IMG/VR virus record: IMGVR_UViG_3300028833_000099
DNA from: a virus
Taxonomy: Duplodnaviria; Heunggongvirae; Uroviricota; Caudoviricetes
Length of the DNA stretch: 64,000 nt
Reading direction: 5' to 3' (one strand)
A program made the position numbers and the translations under genes. The notes below the pieces were generated by a model. That model was not told where the DNA came from, did no database searches, and saw only the letters and a program-made list of their open reading frames with translations. Position 1 is the stretch's first letter, and each line of letters opens with the position of its first letter. Positions 1 to 10,837 of the stretch are shown here, one piece after another.

Positions 1-322
1 TCAATGGATATGTTTTTTATTTGTTTTCGATGTTTGGAAACAAATTCTGATATACTAGTCATAATAACCAATTTAGACTAAAAAAACTACTTGAATTACA
101 AAATGGATGCAACTTACAAAACGCCATAAAACAAAAAAACACAATACTTAATGATGATAGCATAAGCCAATAAACAAACGCTTTTTTTTTGTTTTCTATA
201 TTTCCGAAACATATAAATAGAAACAAAAAAATAGAACCTATCATTACAGCACATAACATTATATAATCAACTGTATCCATTATGAAAAAAGGCTAGCCTT
301 TATCCAAAAGCTAGCCAACGTA

Positions 323-658
323 TTATTTCTCAATTAGTTTGGCTAAATTCTCGTCATATTCTTGGAATATGAGAGGGTAATACATGGAATAGAATTCACG
401 GATATTATCTAGTCCATAGTCCTTTTTCATTTGTCTAAGGATACATTTAGCCTCCAAGATAATAATCTTTTGGATGTGTATTTCTGGAACTTTACCATCA
501 CACCAATCTTCAGCCATTTTATTGAAAATGCTGACATATCCTAGGTATTCTGCAAAAAGGATAAACAAAGGTGCTTCAACAATTATCACCTCTTCATTTG
601 GCTGACTCTCCTTAACCTCAGTTTCAACTTTAGTTACTGTTTTTGTTTCTGTACTCAT
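323..658 (-). CDS. hypothetical protein
   Basis: 111-aa minus-strand ORF in the compact minus-strand gene array. No recognisable motif. Confidence 0.45.
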   Translation of the reverse strand: MSTETKTVTKVETEVKESQPNEEVIIVEAPLFILFAEYLGYVSIFNKMAEDWCDGKVPEIHIQKIIILEAKCILRQMKKDYGLDNIREFYSMYYPLIFQEYDENLAKLIEK

Positions 659-677
659 ATATTTTTATGTTATTAGT

Positions 678-893
678 TCACCAACTATTGTAATCTGTAA
701 TATTCTTGACTTTTCCGCAATAAGGACATACTATATCAACACCGTTACCTATTCCAGTTGGTGTGAATATGTATTTGTATGGCGCATACTGTGGAAACAT
801 ATCATTAGTGTTCTTTGGTCTGCACCTCTTATGCCATTGTTTAAAATCATTGGCTCTTTTTTCCTCTACGTCATTTAATGTAAAATTAGTCAT
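678..893 (-). CDS. small zinc-ribbon-like protein
   Basis: 71 aa with a CPYCG...C..C cysteine pattern. Confidence 0.4.
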   Translation of the reverse strand: MTNFTLNDVEEKRANDFKQWHKRCRPKNTNDMFPQYAPYKYIFTPTGIGNGVDIVCPYCGKVKNITDYNSW

Positions 894-1008
894 TTAATAA
901 TAAAATTCTGGGTATGAAGAACCTACATTCTTCTTATTTTCAGAACTAGTGCATTTGTTACTCATATTTCCTCCTACTATGGTAGCAGCAGTAAAAAATG
1001 GCTCATTA

Positions 1009-1464
1009 CTATAATCCGTCTGTTCCATCATCTTCAGTATCTTTAGCTATTGTTATTTTAAAATTCCTTTTGCACTTATCTTTCAACTTCTTATAAGGAT
1101 TATTATACCCACTAATATAACCATAATAGTTATATGCTGTTGTAGGAGCATATCTACTATCATCAGTTGTTTTACTTGCTGGATATGTCCTAGTATGGCT
1201 ACTATTATTTTGATTGAGCGGTTTATGCTTATCTCTTATTGCTCCATAGTCGTTGTAATCAGGAAAAAACCAAGATATTTCGTCAGCGTCTATACCGTTT
1301 CGTCTAAGATACTCCCTATCATCTTCATCAAAAAATGAATATATCACCCAAATCAATATTACAATTGGGAAAAATATATATTCATATTTATTAGTGGCAA
1401 TCATATTCAAAATTGCCATAAATGAAGGGAACATCAATAATATTCTAAAACTAATATAAAGCAT
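1009..1464 (-). CDS. membrane protein
   Basis: Hydrophobic N-terminal segments. A promoter motif (TGCAAAGATACA) lies just upstream at ~1479-1490. Confidence 0.5.
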   Translation of the reverse strand: MLYISFRILLMFPSFMAILNMIATNKYEYIFFPIVILIWVIYSFFDEDDREYLRRNGIDADEISWFFPDYNDYGAIRDKHKPLNQNNSSHTRTYPASKTTDDSRYAPTTAYNYYGYISGYNNPYKKLKDKCKRNFKITIAKDTEDDGTDGL

Positions 1465-1531
1465 ATTTTATTCTTTTGTGCAAAGATACAAAATTTTTTT
1501 TTAAATTCTAAATTTTGCGTCTTAAAAAAAG

Positions 1532-1798
1532 TTAATATTTTTTCCTCTTCACCATGAACTTAGCAAATACGCTAGTATCATACATTGTTCGTTCCTTCTG
1601 TTCAGTATCACCGATTCTTTTATAGGTGGCACTGTTTCCATTTTTTTTCAAAATCACAATCTCTCTTCTCTCAAGAGTGATAATAGGTGGAATGTGATAT
1701 ACACCCTTCTCTACTACCTCAGACCAAGGTGTAACACTTTTCAATGCTGATATTTCAGTCTTTAAATCTTGTACTGTTTTATGTTTAGCCATAAACAA
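1532..1798 (-). CDS. hypothetical protein (paralogous to the C-terminal domain of the adjacent gene)
   Basis: 88 aa. KGVYHIPPI...VILKK resembles GGVYVIPKI...VVIK in the C-terminus of ORF 1799..2482. Confidence 0.45.
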   Translation of the reverse strand: MFMAKHKTVQDLKTEISALKSVTPWSEVVEKGVYHIPPIITLERREIVILKKNGNSATYKRIGDTEQKERTMYDTSVFAKFMVKRKKY

Positions 1799-2482
1799 TT
1801 AATATTTTAATACTTTTGTGATAAATACCATGTCAATATCCCTAGGATATACAGAGGTCAAGGTTTGGCTTTCTTTGCCATATTCGTCTATCTCGCTACA
1901 ACGGAGTAGTGATTCTGTCTTAATCACAACCCTTACAACTTTCCTTGATTGATGTAATATTTTTGGTATTACATATACACCACCTTCTTCGATGTCATCC
2001 CATTCTATGTGTTTTGGGAGTTGCATCATTTTTTCCCTTCTTTCGCTATAGGTCATAGGTTTATTTATTTCTGTTTTTGAATTTGCTGTTGATACATCAT
2101 TTGGCGATGGTAATGATTTAATTTCGTTTTGTAATTCACTTGTGGTTAAATACTCTTTAGTTACACCTCTTTTCTTAGGACACCAATCTGGTGTAGGAAG
2201 AGGCAACATAGGACCAGTATTTACTTTAATTAACCTAGGTCTATGAGTGTTACCAAACTCAATGAGTGACCTACCGCAACAAGCGTTAAATTTAAGCCTT
2301 TCCTCGCCAATATAATTTTTAATCAAATTACTGCAACACTCGCAAGAGTCGTAATTATTCATATGTTGTTTACTTTTTTTATCTTCCACAAATAAATCCC
2401 TGTCAAACTTACAAGTTTCACATTCATTACAGTTCATTCCATAGCATGGATGGACTATATTGTCATCAATAATATGTGCCAT
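1799..2482 (-). CDS. cysteine-rich zinc-finger-like protein
   Basis: N-terminal CYGMNCNECETCKFD and further CxxC pairs. The C-terminal domain is duplicated in the downstream ORF. Confidence 0.5.
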   Translation of the reverse strand: MAHIIDDNIVHPCYGMNCNECETCKFDRDLFVEDKKSKQHMNNYDSCECCSNLIKNYIGEERLKFNACCGRSLIEFGNTHRPRLIKVNTGPMLPLPTPDWCPKKRGVTKEYLTTSELQNEIKSLPSPNDVSTANSKTEINKPMTYSERREKMMQLPKHIEWDDIEEGGVYVIPKILHQSRKVVRVVIKTESLLRCSEIDEYGKESQTLTSVYPRDIDMVFITKVLKY

Positions 2483-2487
2483 ATCTT

Positions 2488-3222
2488 TTAGTTAACAGTC
2501 CATTCCCAATCCTCATCGTCACCATCAAACAAGTCATCCCAAGGAATGTTCCAATCCATTGCCGTTCTAGGCTCGTATCTTGAAGGTGGCTCTATACCTA
2601 CTTTTAAATCGTCTAAATATCCTTGTTGTTTCAAGAAATTCATAAACTCTCTATTACCAAATAAACGTCTAGGGTCATCAACATCGTGATTTTCCATAAA
2701 CATTCTTTGTGCCTCAAGTATTTTCTTTATATTATCTGGTAATTCTTTCTCTGTTTCATCGACAAAGTTGTTACCAAATATCTTTCTACATACCATATCG
2801 AATGTTTCTCGTCCAATATCTTCAAGTTGACGGAAATCTTTCACGGTTTTCTCAACACAGCAGTGTATCAACGTATTAATTAACTGTGTGACTCTTGTTT
2901 GCACTTGTCCATTATCCCATTCATCTATAGTATCATACTTACCAAGCATTGCTTCAAAGACAGTAATTACACCACCCATTGTAGTTACACGGTAAAATGA
3001 ATTTTCCGATGCTTGAGATAGAGCCACGTTAACTATCGGCTTCATACATTGAAACGAAGAGTACAAGTCATAAAAGCAAGGTCTTTTTATAATTGATACA
3101 ACACCCTCTCCATTGCCAATAAAACATCTGAATCTATGATATATTTTTCTGTTTTTCAACACTCTGCATAGATATTTAAAAACTAGAATTTGTAAATCTC
3201 TATCACTAAATTTTCCATTCAT
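2488..3222 (-). CDS. hypothetical protein
   Basis: 244-aa ORF with an acidic C-terminus. Confidence 0.45.
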   Translation of the reverse strand: MNGKFSDRDLQILVFKYLCRVLKNRKIYHRFRCFIGNGEGVVSIIKRPCFYDLYSSFQCMKPIVNVALSQASENSFYRVTTMGGVITVFEAMLGKYDTIDEWDNGQVQTRVTQLINTLIHCCVEKTVKDFRQLEDIGRETFDMVCRKIFGNNFVDETEKELPDNIKKILEAQRMFMENHDVDDPRRLFGNREFMNFLKQQGYLDDLKVGIEPPSRYEPRTAMDWNIPWDDLFDGDDEDWEWTVN

Positions 3223-3448
3223 AATGCAAATATATAAGTTTTTAGTTCAATTTCAAAATATAAAAAGTTAATCTTTCTTAAAAGTCTCCATATCATCGTA
3301 ATATTTACAATTGGGGCAATATAGAAATGGTCTCATATCGTTTTGGGGTAATGTGACCATTAGAGTTTCCCAAGGGTAAAATTCTTTGCCACATTGAGGA
3401 CATTTTTGTATGTATTTGTCAGCGATTTTTTGTATTCCTTTATCCATA

Positions 3449-4132
3449 TTAAGTCTCTAGATATAACGGTTTGTACGTCATTTTATAGTCCTCATCCAAC
3501 AAAGACACACAATAGACATCAGTTCCGTTGTGCTCTGTTTTTTCGTGCTGCGTAGAATGGAGGTGTCCATGAAGCATCACCTTTGGTTTCGCCTTGTCAA
3601 CAAATCTTCTTAATGATTCGTTTCCGATGTGTGTGCCATCAGCCCACCAGCAATCTTTCTGTAAAATAATATCACTAATGCCATAAGGAGCATCGTGAGA
3701 CATGATGATGTCAATTTTGCCAATTATATTAAGATGCCTTTCGTATTTCTCGTCTTGTTCTTCATATGATGGCATAAAAGCCCATCTACCAAATGGTTTA
3801 CACAATGGAGTGCCATAGATTATTTTCCCTTGATATTCAAATGTCTCACAATCCAAATAGGTAATTTTGTCACCATTGTTTTTGAGTAATAATCTAATTC
3901 TATCTGGATGTCTCTCTAACCAATGGTCATGATTACCAGCCACAAACAATACTTTTTCACATGGAAGATTATTGCACCAAGGTATAAAAACAGTCGCAAA
4001 CCATTTTTCGCTTTGGGTTGAGTATGACTGTATATTAAGCGGAACAATATCACCGCAAATTAATACTATATCGCATGGTTCAACCTTAAAATCTAGTTGC
4101 CCATGCATATCTGAGAATGCGCATATTTTCAT
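3449..4132 (-). CDS. calcineurin-like metallophosphoesterase
   Basis: Motifs DMHG, GDIV, GNHD and GHLH appear in the canonical order. The start was trimmed to MKICAF (ATG at 4130-4132) because the terminator-promoter module at 4150-4200 sits inside the longer ORF. Confidence 0.75.
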   Translation of the reverse strand: MKICAFSDMHGQLDFKVEPCDIVLICGDIVPLNIQSYSTQSEKWFATVFIPWCNNLPCEKVLFVAGNHDHWLERHPDRIRLLLKNNGDKITYLDCETFEYQGKIIYGTPLCKPFGRWAFMPSYEEQDEKYERHLNIIGKIDIIMSHDAPYGISDIILQKDCWWADGTHIGNESLRRFVDKAKPKVMLHGHLHSTQHEKTEHNGTDVYCVSLLDEDYKMTYKPLYLET

Positions 4133-4149
4133 ATCAATATTGTGTTTTT

Positions 4150-4200
4150 TGGCAAATATATAAAAAAAAATTGGAATAAACAAATAAGTCATTCCAATTT
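4150..4200 (-). promoter_or_regulatory. terminator hairpin + Bacteroidota sigma-A promoter module
   Basis: Minus strand: hairpin ATTGGAAT...ATTCCAAT, T-run, then TATATATTTGCC (TAnnTTTG -7 box). Confidence 0.6.
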
Positions 4201-4263
4201 TAATAAATAAGATGATAATATACAAGTTGACCCATTGATACATGTATACCGTCCCCAATTTAT

Positions 4264-4623
4264 TTACCAAATTTTTTTGTAATGGACACAAATATACTCT
4301 ATTCCAGCAATAGAGGCTTCTTCCCATGAATCATAAATATAGCCCCATCCACGTGTACCCTCTTCTTTGTCTATGTCATAAGTTGGTACATCACATGGAG
4401 TCCCACTTGAAGTCTCTACAAGTTTGTTTGCGATTAGATTAATCAAACACCAACGCCATTTTCTCTTCTTCGTTCCATACTTATGGGTATCACAAAGTAT
4501 GTAAAATCCCTTGTTATCTCTTAACCATTTTAAGACCTCTGAAATGGTACTGTCTGTACTAAACTGTTTAATTCCATGAGAATTAAAAAGATTCACTATT
4601 TTTGCTGTTAATTTATCTTCCAT
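4264..4623 (-). CDS. hypothetical protein
   Basis: 119-aa ORF. Confidence 0.4.
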   Translation of the reverse strand: MEDKLTAKIVNLFNSHGIKQFSTDSTISEVLKWLRDNKGFYILCDTHKYGTKKRKWRWCLINLIANKLVETSSGTPCDVPTYDIDKEEGTRGWGYIYDSWEEASIAGIEYICVHYKKIW

Positions 4624-4659
4624 ATCTATTTTGGGTTAACTTCGATGTTATTACCATAA

Positions 4660-5196
4660 TTAATCAATCTGTTTTCTCGAACTAGAAGCTAAAATATTAT
4701 TCATCATGTCAAATGCTCCGTTTGCGCCTTTCATAATGAGTTCATATCGTTTAATTATCTCTTTTAGTTTAGTCTCGTTGGATTTACCTTTACCAAACAA
4801 ATCTTTCGATTCTGATATGATTGCCTCTAATGGTCTTTTAAAACTAGGAACTTTATCAACAACCTCTTGACAGTATTCCATGAATTCCTTTAGTTCATCA
4901 ACTTTTTTCTTTCTAGGTTTCTTCGGATAGTAATCGAGAATGATGTCAAAATCATAATCAATCATAATCTGAGATTTATCCGTTTCATCAAGCATATCGA
5001 TAACTTGGCTTTCCACAGAAACCGCTGGAAGGTCTACACCCATAAATTTAGTGGGAGGTATCTCTTCAAAATTATGCTCTATACCTATGTTTTTGTGAAC
5101 AATCCTACGTTCACTTATCGCTTTAAACGTTATAACCGTTACCATAGTTTTATTATTCAAATGAATATACATACAAATTATTGATAGAGAAGACAT
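4660..5196 (-). CDS. hypothetical protein
   Basis: 178-aa ORF. Confidence 0.45.
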   Translation of the reverse strand: MSSLSIICMYIHLNNKTMVTVITFKAISERRIVHKNIGIEHNFEEIPPTKFMGVDLPAVSVESQVIDMLDETDKSQIMIDYDFDIILDYYPKKPRKKKVDELKEFMEYCQEVVDKVPSFKRPLEAIISESKDLFGKGKSNETKLKEIIKRYELIMKGANGAFDMMNNILASSSRKQID

Positions 5197-5236
5197 TGCT
5201 TGTTGAATACATCTACTGCATTCTCTGTATCCATAG

Positions 5237-5554
5237 TTATTTCTTTTTTTTAGTTACGTTATAAGGATGGGTTGTGATTCCCTCAAGAATAGGAATCCAT
5301 ACAGTATGTATGTTTGGCTCACCGACTTTCAGCAATTTTGCATTATCTGGTCCGTATCCATAAGGACGAGGACCGTATTTTGCATTATGCATTTTTACAT
5401 ATTCCTCTTCATTATTGATGGGAATTTCTACCTCAATTTCTTTCCACAACCAAATGTAACATCCAGATACACTACCGTCTTCTTCTTTGAAAAGAAAATG
5501 CTTTCTTAAGTTTATTCCATGCGGCTTTATCAGACTTGAATTCCTTTGGGTCAC
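5237..5554 (-). CDS. hypothetical protein
   Basis: 105-aa ORF. Confidence 0.4.
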   Translation of the reverse strand: MTQRNSSLIKPHGINLRKHFLFKEEDGSVSGCYIWLWKEIEVEIPINNEEEYVKMHNAKYGPRPYGYGPDNAKLLKVGEPNIHTVWIPILEGITTHPYNVTKKKK

Positions 5555-5628
5555 AATGCCTTAAAGCATTTGATAATTTATAACGTGCCATTATTTTTAT
5601 CTTTTATTGGTTTGATTTTTTTATATTG

Positions 5629-5913
5629 TTAAATGTGAGAAAGCAGCAACAATAAATGTTGACATTCAGACATTCTTGCTTCTGTTTCTATACTATGAGA
5701 ATTGTGTTCTTTTTCTCTCCAGTATTCGTATCTTTTTTTGATTTCTTCATAGATTTTATTGACTTTATCAATATCTTTAGTTTCGAGAGTGTTGATAAAA
5801 TCAACCGCACTAGTAAGGGCATATTTTCCACTAGTTATTTCTGTTGGCTGATAAGAGTTTAACTCTTCCATTATCCACATTAATACTTTATTTTTTTCTA
5901 TATACTGTGCCAT
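5629..5913 (-). CDS. hypothetical protein
   Basis: Start trimmed to MAQYIEK (ATG at 5911-5913), downstream of the promoter module at 5935-5990. Confidence 0.4.
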   Translation of the reverse strand: MAQYIEKNKVLMWIMEELNSYQPTEITSGKYALTSAVDFINTLETKDIDKVNKIYEEIKKRYEYWREKEHNSHSIETEARMSECQHLLLLLSHI

Positions 5914-5934
5914 AATTATTATTTTTTTTTGTTT

Positions 5935-5990
5935 GATGCAAATATACGAAAAAAAGTTGAACTGACAAAACATCAATTCAACTTTTAACT
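5935..5990 (-). promoter_or_regulatory. terminator hairpin + promoter module
   Basis: Minus strand: AGTTGAATTGATGTTTTGTCAGTTCAAC, TTTTTTT, then CGTATATTTGCAT. Confidence 0.6.
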
Positions 5991-6157
5991 TTATTTAATA
6001 GAGGCTCGTATTGGATTTGCACCAATGTAGAACGTTTTTGCAGAACGACCGCTTACTACTCACGCAACGAGCCATTTAAAGAAGCCTAGTCTATTTTCAC
6101 AAACGGAACTAGGCAATGTACCAATCAATATGAACAAAAAGTTATAACATTTAGAAA

Positions 6158-6826
6158 TTACTCGCTCTTCGGTGTTCTACGAACAAAACGTCCGTTCTTA
6201 TCCCTACCCATCATTTTGGCATATTTGTTACCATTCTGACTAAGCTTTTGGGCGAGTTTACTTGATATGTGAGTCATTGTCTCTTCGTTAGGAGTATTCT
6301 CCTTTTCAGCAGCTCTTTTAGCTGCCTTTTTTCTCACCGCTTTTTTAGGCTTTTCAGTTGGCGTTACCTCTTCCTTTACTGGCTCAATCGCCTTTTTAGG
6401 AATAGTAACTGTAGCGGTTTTCAGTGTTGCGTTTTTGGTTAGTGTAATCTGCTCCAAATCGCAATTACTAGGAATCACTACAGCAGTTTTATTGCTTCTA
6501 GCGCTAGTCTCGTCCTCATAAGTAACCTCAATGTTGAGCTTACCGTCTTTAACCTCATATGAGATTTTTTCACCAATTGACTCATCAAAAGGTACAGTAA
6601 CTGAGAAATCCGTAAGGCTCTCTTTAACTTGTTTGAGCAATTCAGCAAAATCGCCAAACAACTCGTTTCCTCTCTTGATAAGTTCGTTTTTCTTCTCCTT
6701 GAAGAAATCAATCTGTGCGTCCATATCGAATGAATCTACAACATCGTTGAAACTTTCAATCAATGACTTTGCTTGTGACGCACCGTTGTCAATAAGGCTC
6801 AAAAGCCTACTTTTGAAATCTGCCAT
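6158..6826 (-). CDS. protein with lysine-rich C-terminal tail ending in an NGRFVRR motif
   Basis: C-terminus KKAVRKKAAKRAAEK...GRDKNGRFVRRTPKSE. The NGRFVR motif is shared with ORF 40307..40915. Confidence 0.5.
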   Translation of the reverse strand: MADFKSRLLSLIDNGASQAKSLIESFNDVVDSFDMDAQIDFFKEKKNELIKRGNELFGDFAELLKQVKESLTDFSVTVPFDESIGEKISYEVKDGKLNIEVTYEDETSARSNKTAVVIPSNCDLEQITLTKNATLKTATVTIPKKAIEPVKEEVTPTEKPKKAVRKKAAKRAAEKENTPNEETMTHISSKLAQKLSQNGNKYAKMMGRDKNGRFVRRTPKSE

Positions 6827-7053
6827 AGTTATAAATATATTTGTTATTTTAAAATTTTTAAAATTATCATAGTTATCACAGCAAGAAATGATACTAATGA
6901 AATAATATCAAATGTTCTGTATAATAATTTTTTGAATTCTTTTTCACTTTCCATATGTGTTGCAAAGATATATGTATTTTTTTGAAAAAACAAGTAAAAA
7001 AACGTTTTTTAACATTTTATTCAAGTAATTTGCACTTTTCTTCACTGAAATTA

Positions 7054-7632
7054 TTATGCAATTCTGTGAACCGCCAAATGAATGGCTCCATTTAGTTTTC
7101 CGTTTTTCGCTAAAACTTTTCTTGCGTTTCTAAATGCAGTTAATAAACCAATTACTGGATTTGTTGAGAAATTACATCCAGAAGCAAAACACTTCCCATT
7201 TACAGAACGCAGTGTTACATTACATTCATATGTTATGCCAATTCCATCATTTACTGCCCAAGGTTTTACTGATGCACGACAGCCATAATGTTTGTTAATA
7301 CCACCAATTATTTTTTCGCATCCATGTAAATCAGTTTTCACTTCTTCAAATAAAAATCCATCAAGTTTACCGATATACACAAGTTGCCCTTTATCATCTT
7401 TCAAATAATTGTCTATCATACATTCGTATATGCCCCCAACATGGAATTCCATCATTGTTTGAGGCTCATAATTAAAATAGTTGCCATTACCACAACTATG
7501 AGAACGAAGGTATGTTCTATTTGTCGGAGATTTATAATTTGTATGGAAAACATTCATTATAAATGCATTTACTTCCTCCTCATCGATTTCTTTGCATTTT
7601 TCGCAAAGATAGTATTTTCCAAATTTAAACAT
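7054..7632 (-). CDS. cysteine-rich hypothetical protein
   Basis: 192 aa with CEKCKE...C...C clusters. Confidence 0.45.
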   Translation of the reverse strand: MFKFGKYYLCEKCKEIDEEEVNAFIMNVFHTNYKSPTNRTYLRSHSCGNGNYFNYEPQTMMEFHVGGIYECMIDNYLKDDKGQLVYIGKLDGFLFEEVKTDLHGCEKIIGGINKHYGCRASVKPWAVNDGIGITYECNVTLRSVNGKCFASGCNFSTNPVIGLLTAFRNARKVLAKNGKLNGAIHLAVHRIA

Positions 7633-8890
7633 AATATCTAATTTTACAAAACATATCTACTAATTTAGATAGTTTGTCGTTTATTTTCTCACCGAAAAAA
7701 ACAATATCATCTTCAGAAATTGACCATTTAAATGTCCCATTAGATTTGTATATGTTTTCGTTTACAATTTCATTCGCAACAATAAAAATAGAAAGTATAA
7801 CATCCACTAATAGAATGATTATGAACAAAGCGATAGTTTGCCCATCGGTCATTTCAACGTTTATATAGTCAAAGTCCTTAAATTGCTTACGTTTCCAGAG
7901 TTTTATATTGTTTGCTAGCCAATCGCCATACTTAGAAATATCAAGTGTATTGTGCTCCCTAAAATACCTTTTTGTTGCCACCTCTAACGTAGGTTTATCA
8001 CACCATGAGAATGGGTTGCACCAATCTATTTTGTTTGTCTTAGTGTTATATCCTAGGCACAATACAAATTCGTTTTTGTTGCCTCCTTGCCAATATGATT
8101 TTTGCTGCTCAGATATTTCTATGGGTTTATCTTTGAAAATCAAAATATATAATCTGAATTGTCTTTTACCACCCATTGTGGCATTTAAAAACCTAATTTT
8201 TTTTTCAGTCTCCCTATCAAAGTTCATTCCCATGATAGGATTTTGGTCATAATCACATATATTTGGATACGAAAACAAACCAAGTTTTTTTGCTTGCGCA
8301 TCACTAATCTCTTCAAATTTAAATATTGAACGAGAAGCGATAATCTTATTGGTATATGTATGAGTTGTAGTTAGTGTCTTGCTGTTTTGGTATGTTCCGT
8401 CCCAATGGTATTCTTGCGCATCACCATCCTTAGTGTAATAGTCACGGTGCATATCAACAAACACAGCACTAGGATGATTTAACTCAGCCATTGCTAAGTC
8501 AAACTCTTTTTGGTTATAGAAATATGTTTCGTTTCCATTATTGTCAGTATATGTCCATCTTTCTGGGTGATAATCACTGTATGAGCAATCATATGTTTCA
8601 GTATGAGTTAATTCATGCCCATTTTCATCGTAGCCATCGTGTACTGTTCTAGTACATGTCCGTTCAATCCATTCATCCCAATCATCATAATGGGTAATTT
8701 TGGTAACATAACTGCCCCAATATTCTGTATCACTTTCATTGAAAGATACAAATGCTGTTTTCAATAATAATGTGAAAACAATAGACACTCCTATTAAAAG
8801 TATGTATTCCAACCAAGTCACTTGCTTTCTGAAAAACATCAAAAGCAAGAATGAAATGATAAAAGGTAATAAATAAATAATAACTAACAT
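7625..8890 (-). CDS. membrane-anchored hypothetical protein
   Basis: 421 aa with two N-terminal transmembrane helices. Confidence 0.5.
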   Translation of the reverse strand: MLVIIYLLPFIISFLLLMFFRKQVTWLEYILLIGVSIVFTLLLKTAFVSFNESDTEYWGSYVTKITHYDDWDEWIERTCTRTVHDGYDENGHELTHTETYDCSYSDYHPERWTYTDNNGNETYFYNQKEFDLAMAELNHPSAVFVDMHRDYYTKDGDAQEYHWDGTYQNSKTLTTTHTYTNKIIASRSIFKFEEISDAQAKKLGLFSYPNICDYDQNPIMGMNFDRETEKKIRFLNATMGGKRQFRLYILIFKDKPIEISEQQKSYWQGGNKNEFVLCLGYNTKTNKIDWCNPFSWCDKPTLEVATKRYFREHNTLDISKYGDWLANNIKLWKRKQFKDFDYINVEMTDGQTIALFIIILLVDVILSIFIVANEIVNENIYKSNGTFKWSISEDDIVFFGEKINDKLSKLVDMFCKIRYYV

Positions 8891-9435
8891 AACGCATTAA
8901 TTTCTTTCAATACTTGACCCAATTCTACGAGTCTTCGACCAATGCAAAAACCTTCAAAATATTCTTCTTCATATAACAGTATTGTTGTTTTTCTTCTTTT
9001 CGTATCAACTATAATATGTTTTTTAATATACTGTTCTGGTATTCCTCCTGCTAATGTGTATTCTCCGTATAGTGAAGAATTTGCTGTTAACCAAAACCTA
9101 AACAGCGAATATACTGAAGGAAAAGAGTAAATTATCTTGCGTTCTCCGTAGACTTTATGTTCAACGCCATCAATGGTTACAGTGCTTTCGACTGGCACAT
9201 AATTATTTAATTGGTTTCTTTCACTCTCTATTTTACGTTTCACAAAAGTAGTGAAATTACTAAAACCAAATATTTGGTCTATATATGTATGCATAGACCA
9301 ATGTTCCGTTTGAAACCTCTTTCCTTCATTGATTTCTTTAATTACGTATTCTTTCCAAAATGGCAATAGCCCAGTTTCTTTAAGAAACCTTAAAGCTATT
9401 GCCATATATTTTTTATTTACTCCAACATTTTTCAT
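8884..9435 (-). CDS. hypothetical protein
   Basis: 183-aa ORF. Confidence 0.45.
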   Translation of the reverse strand: MKNVGVNKKYMAIALRFLKETGLLPFWKEYVIKEINEGKRFQTEHWSMHTYIDQIFGFSNFTTFVKRKIESERNQLNNYVPVESTVTIDGVEHKVYGERKIIYSFPSVYSLFRFWLTANSSLYGEYTLAGGIPEQYIKKHIIVDTKRRKTTILLYEEEYFEGFCIGRRLVELGQVLKEINALC

Positions 9436-9986
9436 TTTTTAAATATGTCAACGTTATCATCGAGACCAGTTTCCATTGTTTGTTTACTATGAGTTGATGA
9501 TACTATTGTGTATTCTATTTCAGACGGGTTGGGAATGAACCAACGTCCTGGATATGTCTTGCATAATGTGCTATGCTCACGTTTTATGTCAATCATACGT
9601 TCTTGAGCCTTCATAAACTGAGTTCTTTGCACCTCGATTGCATCCATTACGTCCTTATAAAGGCTAGTGTCAAAATTAGGATTGGCTTCAGTAATCCATT
9701 TCATAAGTGACCCATCACCTTTTGAATACCGACCCTCAATGATGTGGGTATAAATGGAATCGAACCCAGCACGATACTCATTAGACACTTGCGCTTTCTG
9801 CGAAATAATCTTCCACATGGCATCGTGTACCCCTTCTACCTTTCCTTGCTGTGCCTCTGCTTGCTCACGAAGAGATACCTCCTTGTTATTGTAGGAAAAA
9901 TAACTTCCCACGGTGGCAATAAATCCCAATCCAAGGATAACAATAATTGAGACAGCCACAATTGTTTTTACACTTACGTTATTCAT
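9432..9986 (-). CDS. LemA-like membrane protein (tentative)
   Basis: N-terminal TM helix, then a YNNKEV...Q..KVE pattern and ANPNFDT...Y....FP pattern resembling the LemA family. Confidence 0.4.
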   Translation of the reverse strand: MNNVSVKTIVAVSIIVILGLGFIATVGSYFSYNNKEVSLREQAEAQQGKVEGVHDAMWKIISQKAQVSNEYRAGFDSIYTHIIEGRYSKGDGSLMKWITEANPNFDTSLYKDVMDAIEVQRTQFMKAQERMIDIKREHSTLCKTYPGRWFIPNPSEIEYTIVSSTHSKQTMETGLDDNVDIFKK

Positions 9987-10351
9987 TTTTTTGTAAATTT
10001 AAAATATGCATCGTATGTTTCGCAATATCCTGATTTATCGTATTCAACTTTCCAACCACTTTTTCGATATAAATCTTCAAAATCAAGCCAATGATTAGAA
10101 AGCACTGCGGCTCGGAATCTAACGCCATTTTCCAAACCTAAGACGTTACTAGGTTTTATTTCACTGATTATTTCGTGTTGCGTGATTATGGCTTTTTTGC
10201 CATCCCATTTCTTCTTCAACAGTTTGTTTACTGCTTCGATTACAAAACTAGGAATATCATTTTTCCTTGCCTCTTCAACTTCTTGAGGCGTAATTGGTTT
10301 TACTTCTCTAACATCCATAAGCCCTAACTTTTCTCCATGTGTATGTTCCAA
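9983..10351 (-). CDS. hypothetical protein
   Basis: 122-aa ORF. Confidence 0.4.
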   Translation of the reverse strand: MEHTHGEKLGLMDVREVKPITPQEVEEARKNDIPSFVIEAVNKLLKKKWDGKKAIITQHEIISEIKPSNVLGLENGVRFRAAVLSNHWLDFEDLYRKSGWKVEYDKSGYCETYDAYFKFTKK

Positions 10352-10811
10352 ATGAATCCCTCAAATATAGTTCTGGGAACAAATACCTCTCAATCTTAAA
10401 ACTGAAAGTGCTTCCGCTTCTTGTGAATCTAATATACCCACTACTATATGAATATGAATAAGTGTGCGTATACCAATCTGGATTTCTTCCAACCGAAAAT
10501 GTTATATCACACTTCCACTCATCAATGAACTTAATCTCTTTAAGTTCCATATCACCAACATAACTAGGGTAATCCATTTGCCAAGTTCCCAATAGTTTGT
10601 CAGCACTAAATACGTCACCATATCCGCTACCACTGTTACGGTTTACATATCCACGATTGCAGTTTGAGCATCCGTTTCTACTGAAATTGCAATATGCGCA
10701 CCCATAAGGCTTACAGTATTCGCATCCACGACCATCACAGTACATACAGCAGTTAACTTCACATGATGATAATGAAATAACTGCAAATAGGAGTAAAATA
10801 ATTTTCTTCAT
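10308..10811 (-). CDS. cysteine-rich lipoprotein
   Basis: Signal peptide with a lipobox-like LSSC, followed by many CxxC and CxC repeats. Confidence 0.5.
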   Translation of the reverse strand: MKKIILLLFAVISLSSCEVNCCMYCDGRGCEYCKPYGCAYCNFSRNGCSNCNRGYVNRNSGSGYGDVFSADKLLGTWQMDYPSYVGDMELKEIKFIDEWKCDITFSVGRNPDWYTHTYSYSYSSGYIRFTRSGSTFSFKIERYLFPELYLRDSFGTYTWRKVRAYGC

Positions 10812-10837
10812 ATTATTGTAGTATATTTAATCATATG

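Noticed and set aside
3972-4163. Plus-strand ORFs throughout the window (for example 3972-4163, 6531-6872, 19374-19733, 28494-29198, 44731-45399)
   Set aside because: They lie antisense to longer minus-strand ORFs with recognisable domains, and they lack the conserved promoter module in the plus orientation. They are best treated as shadow ORFs in AT-rich DNA.
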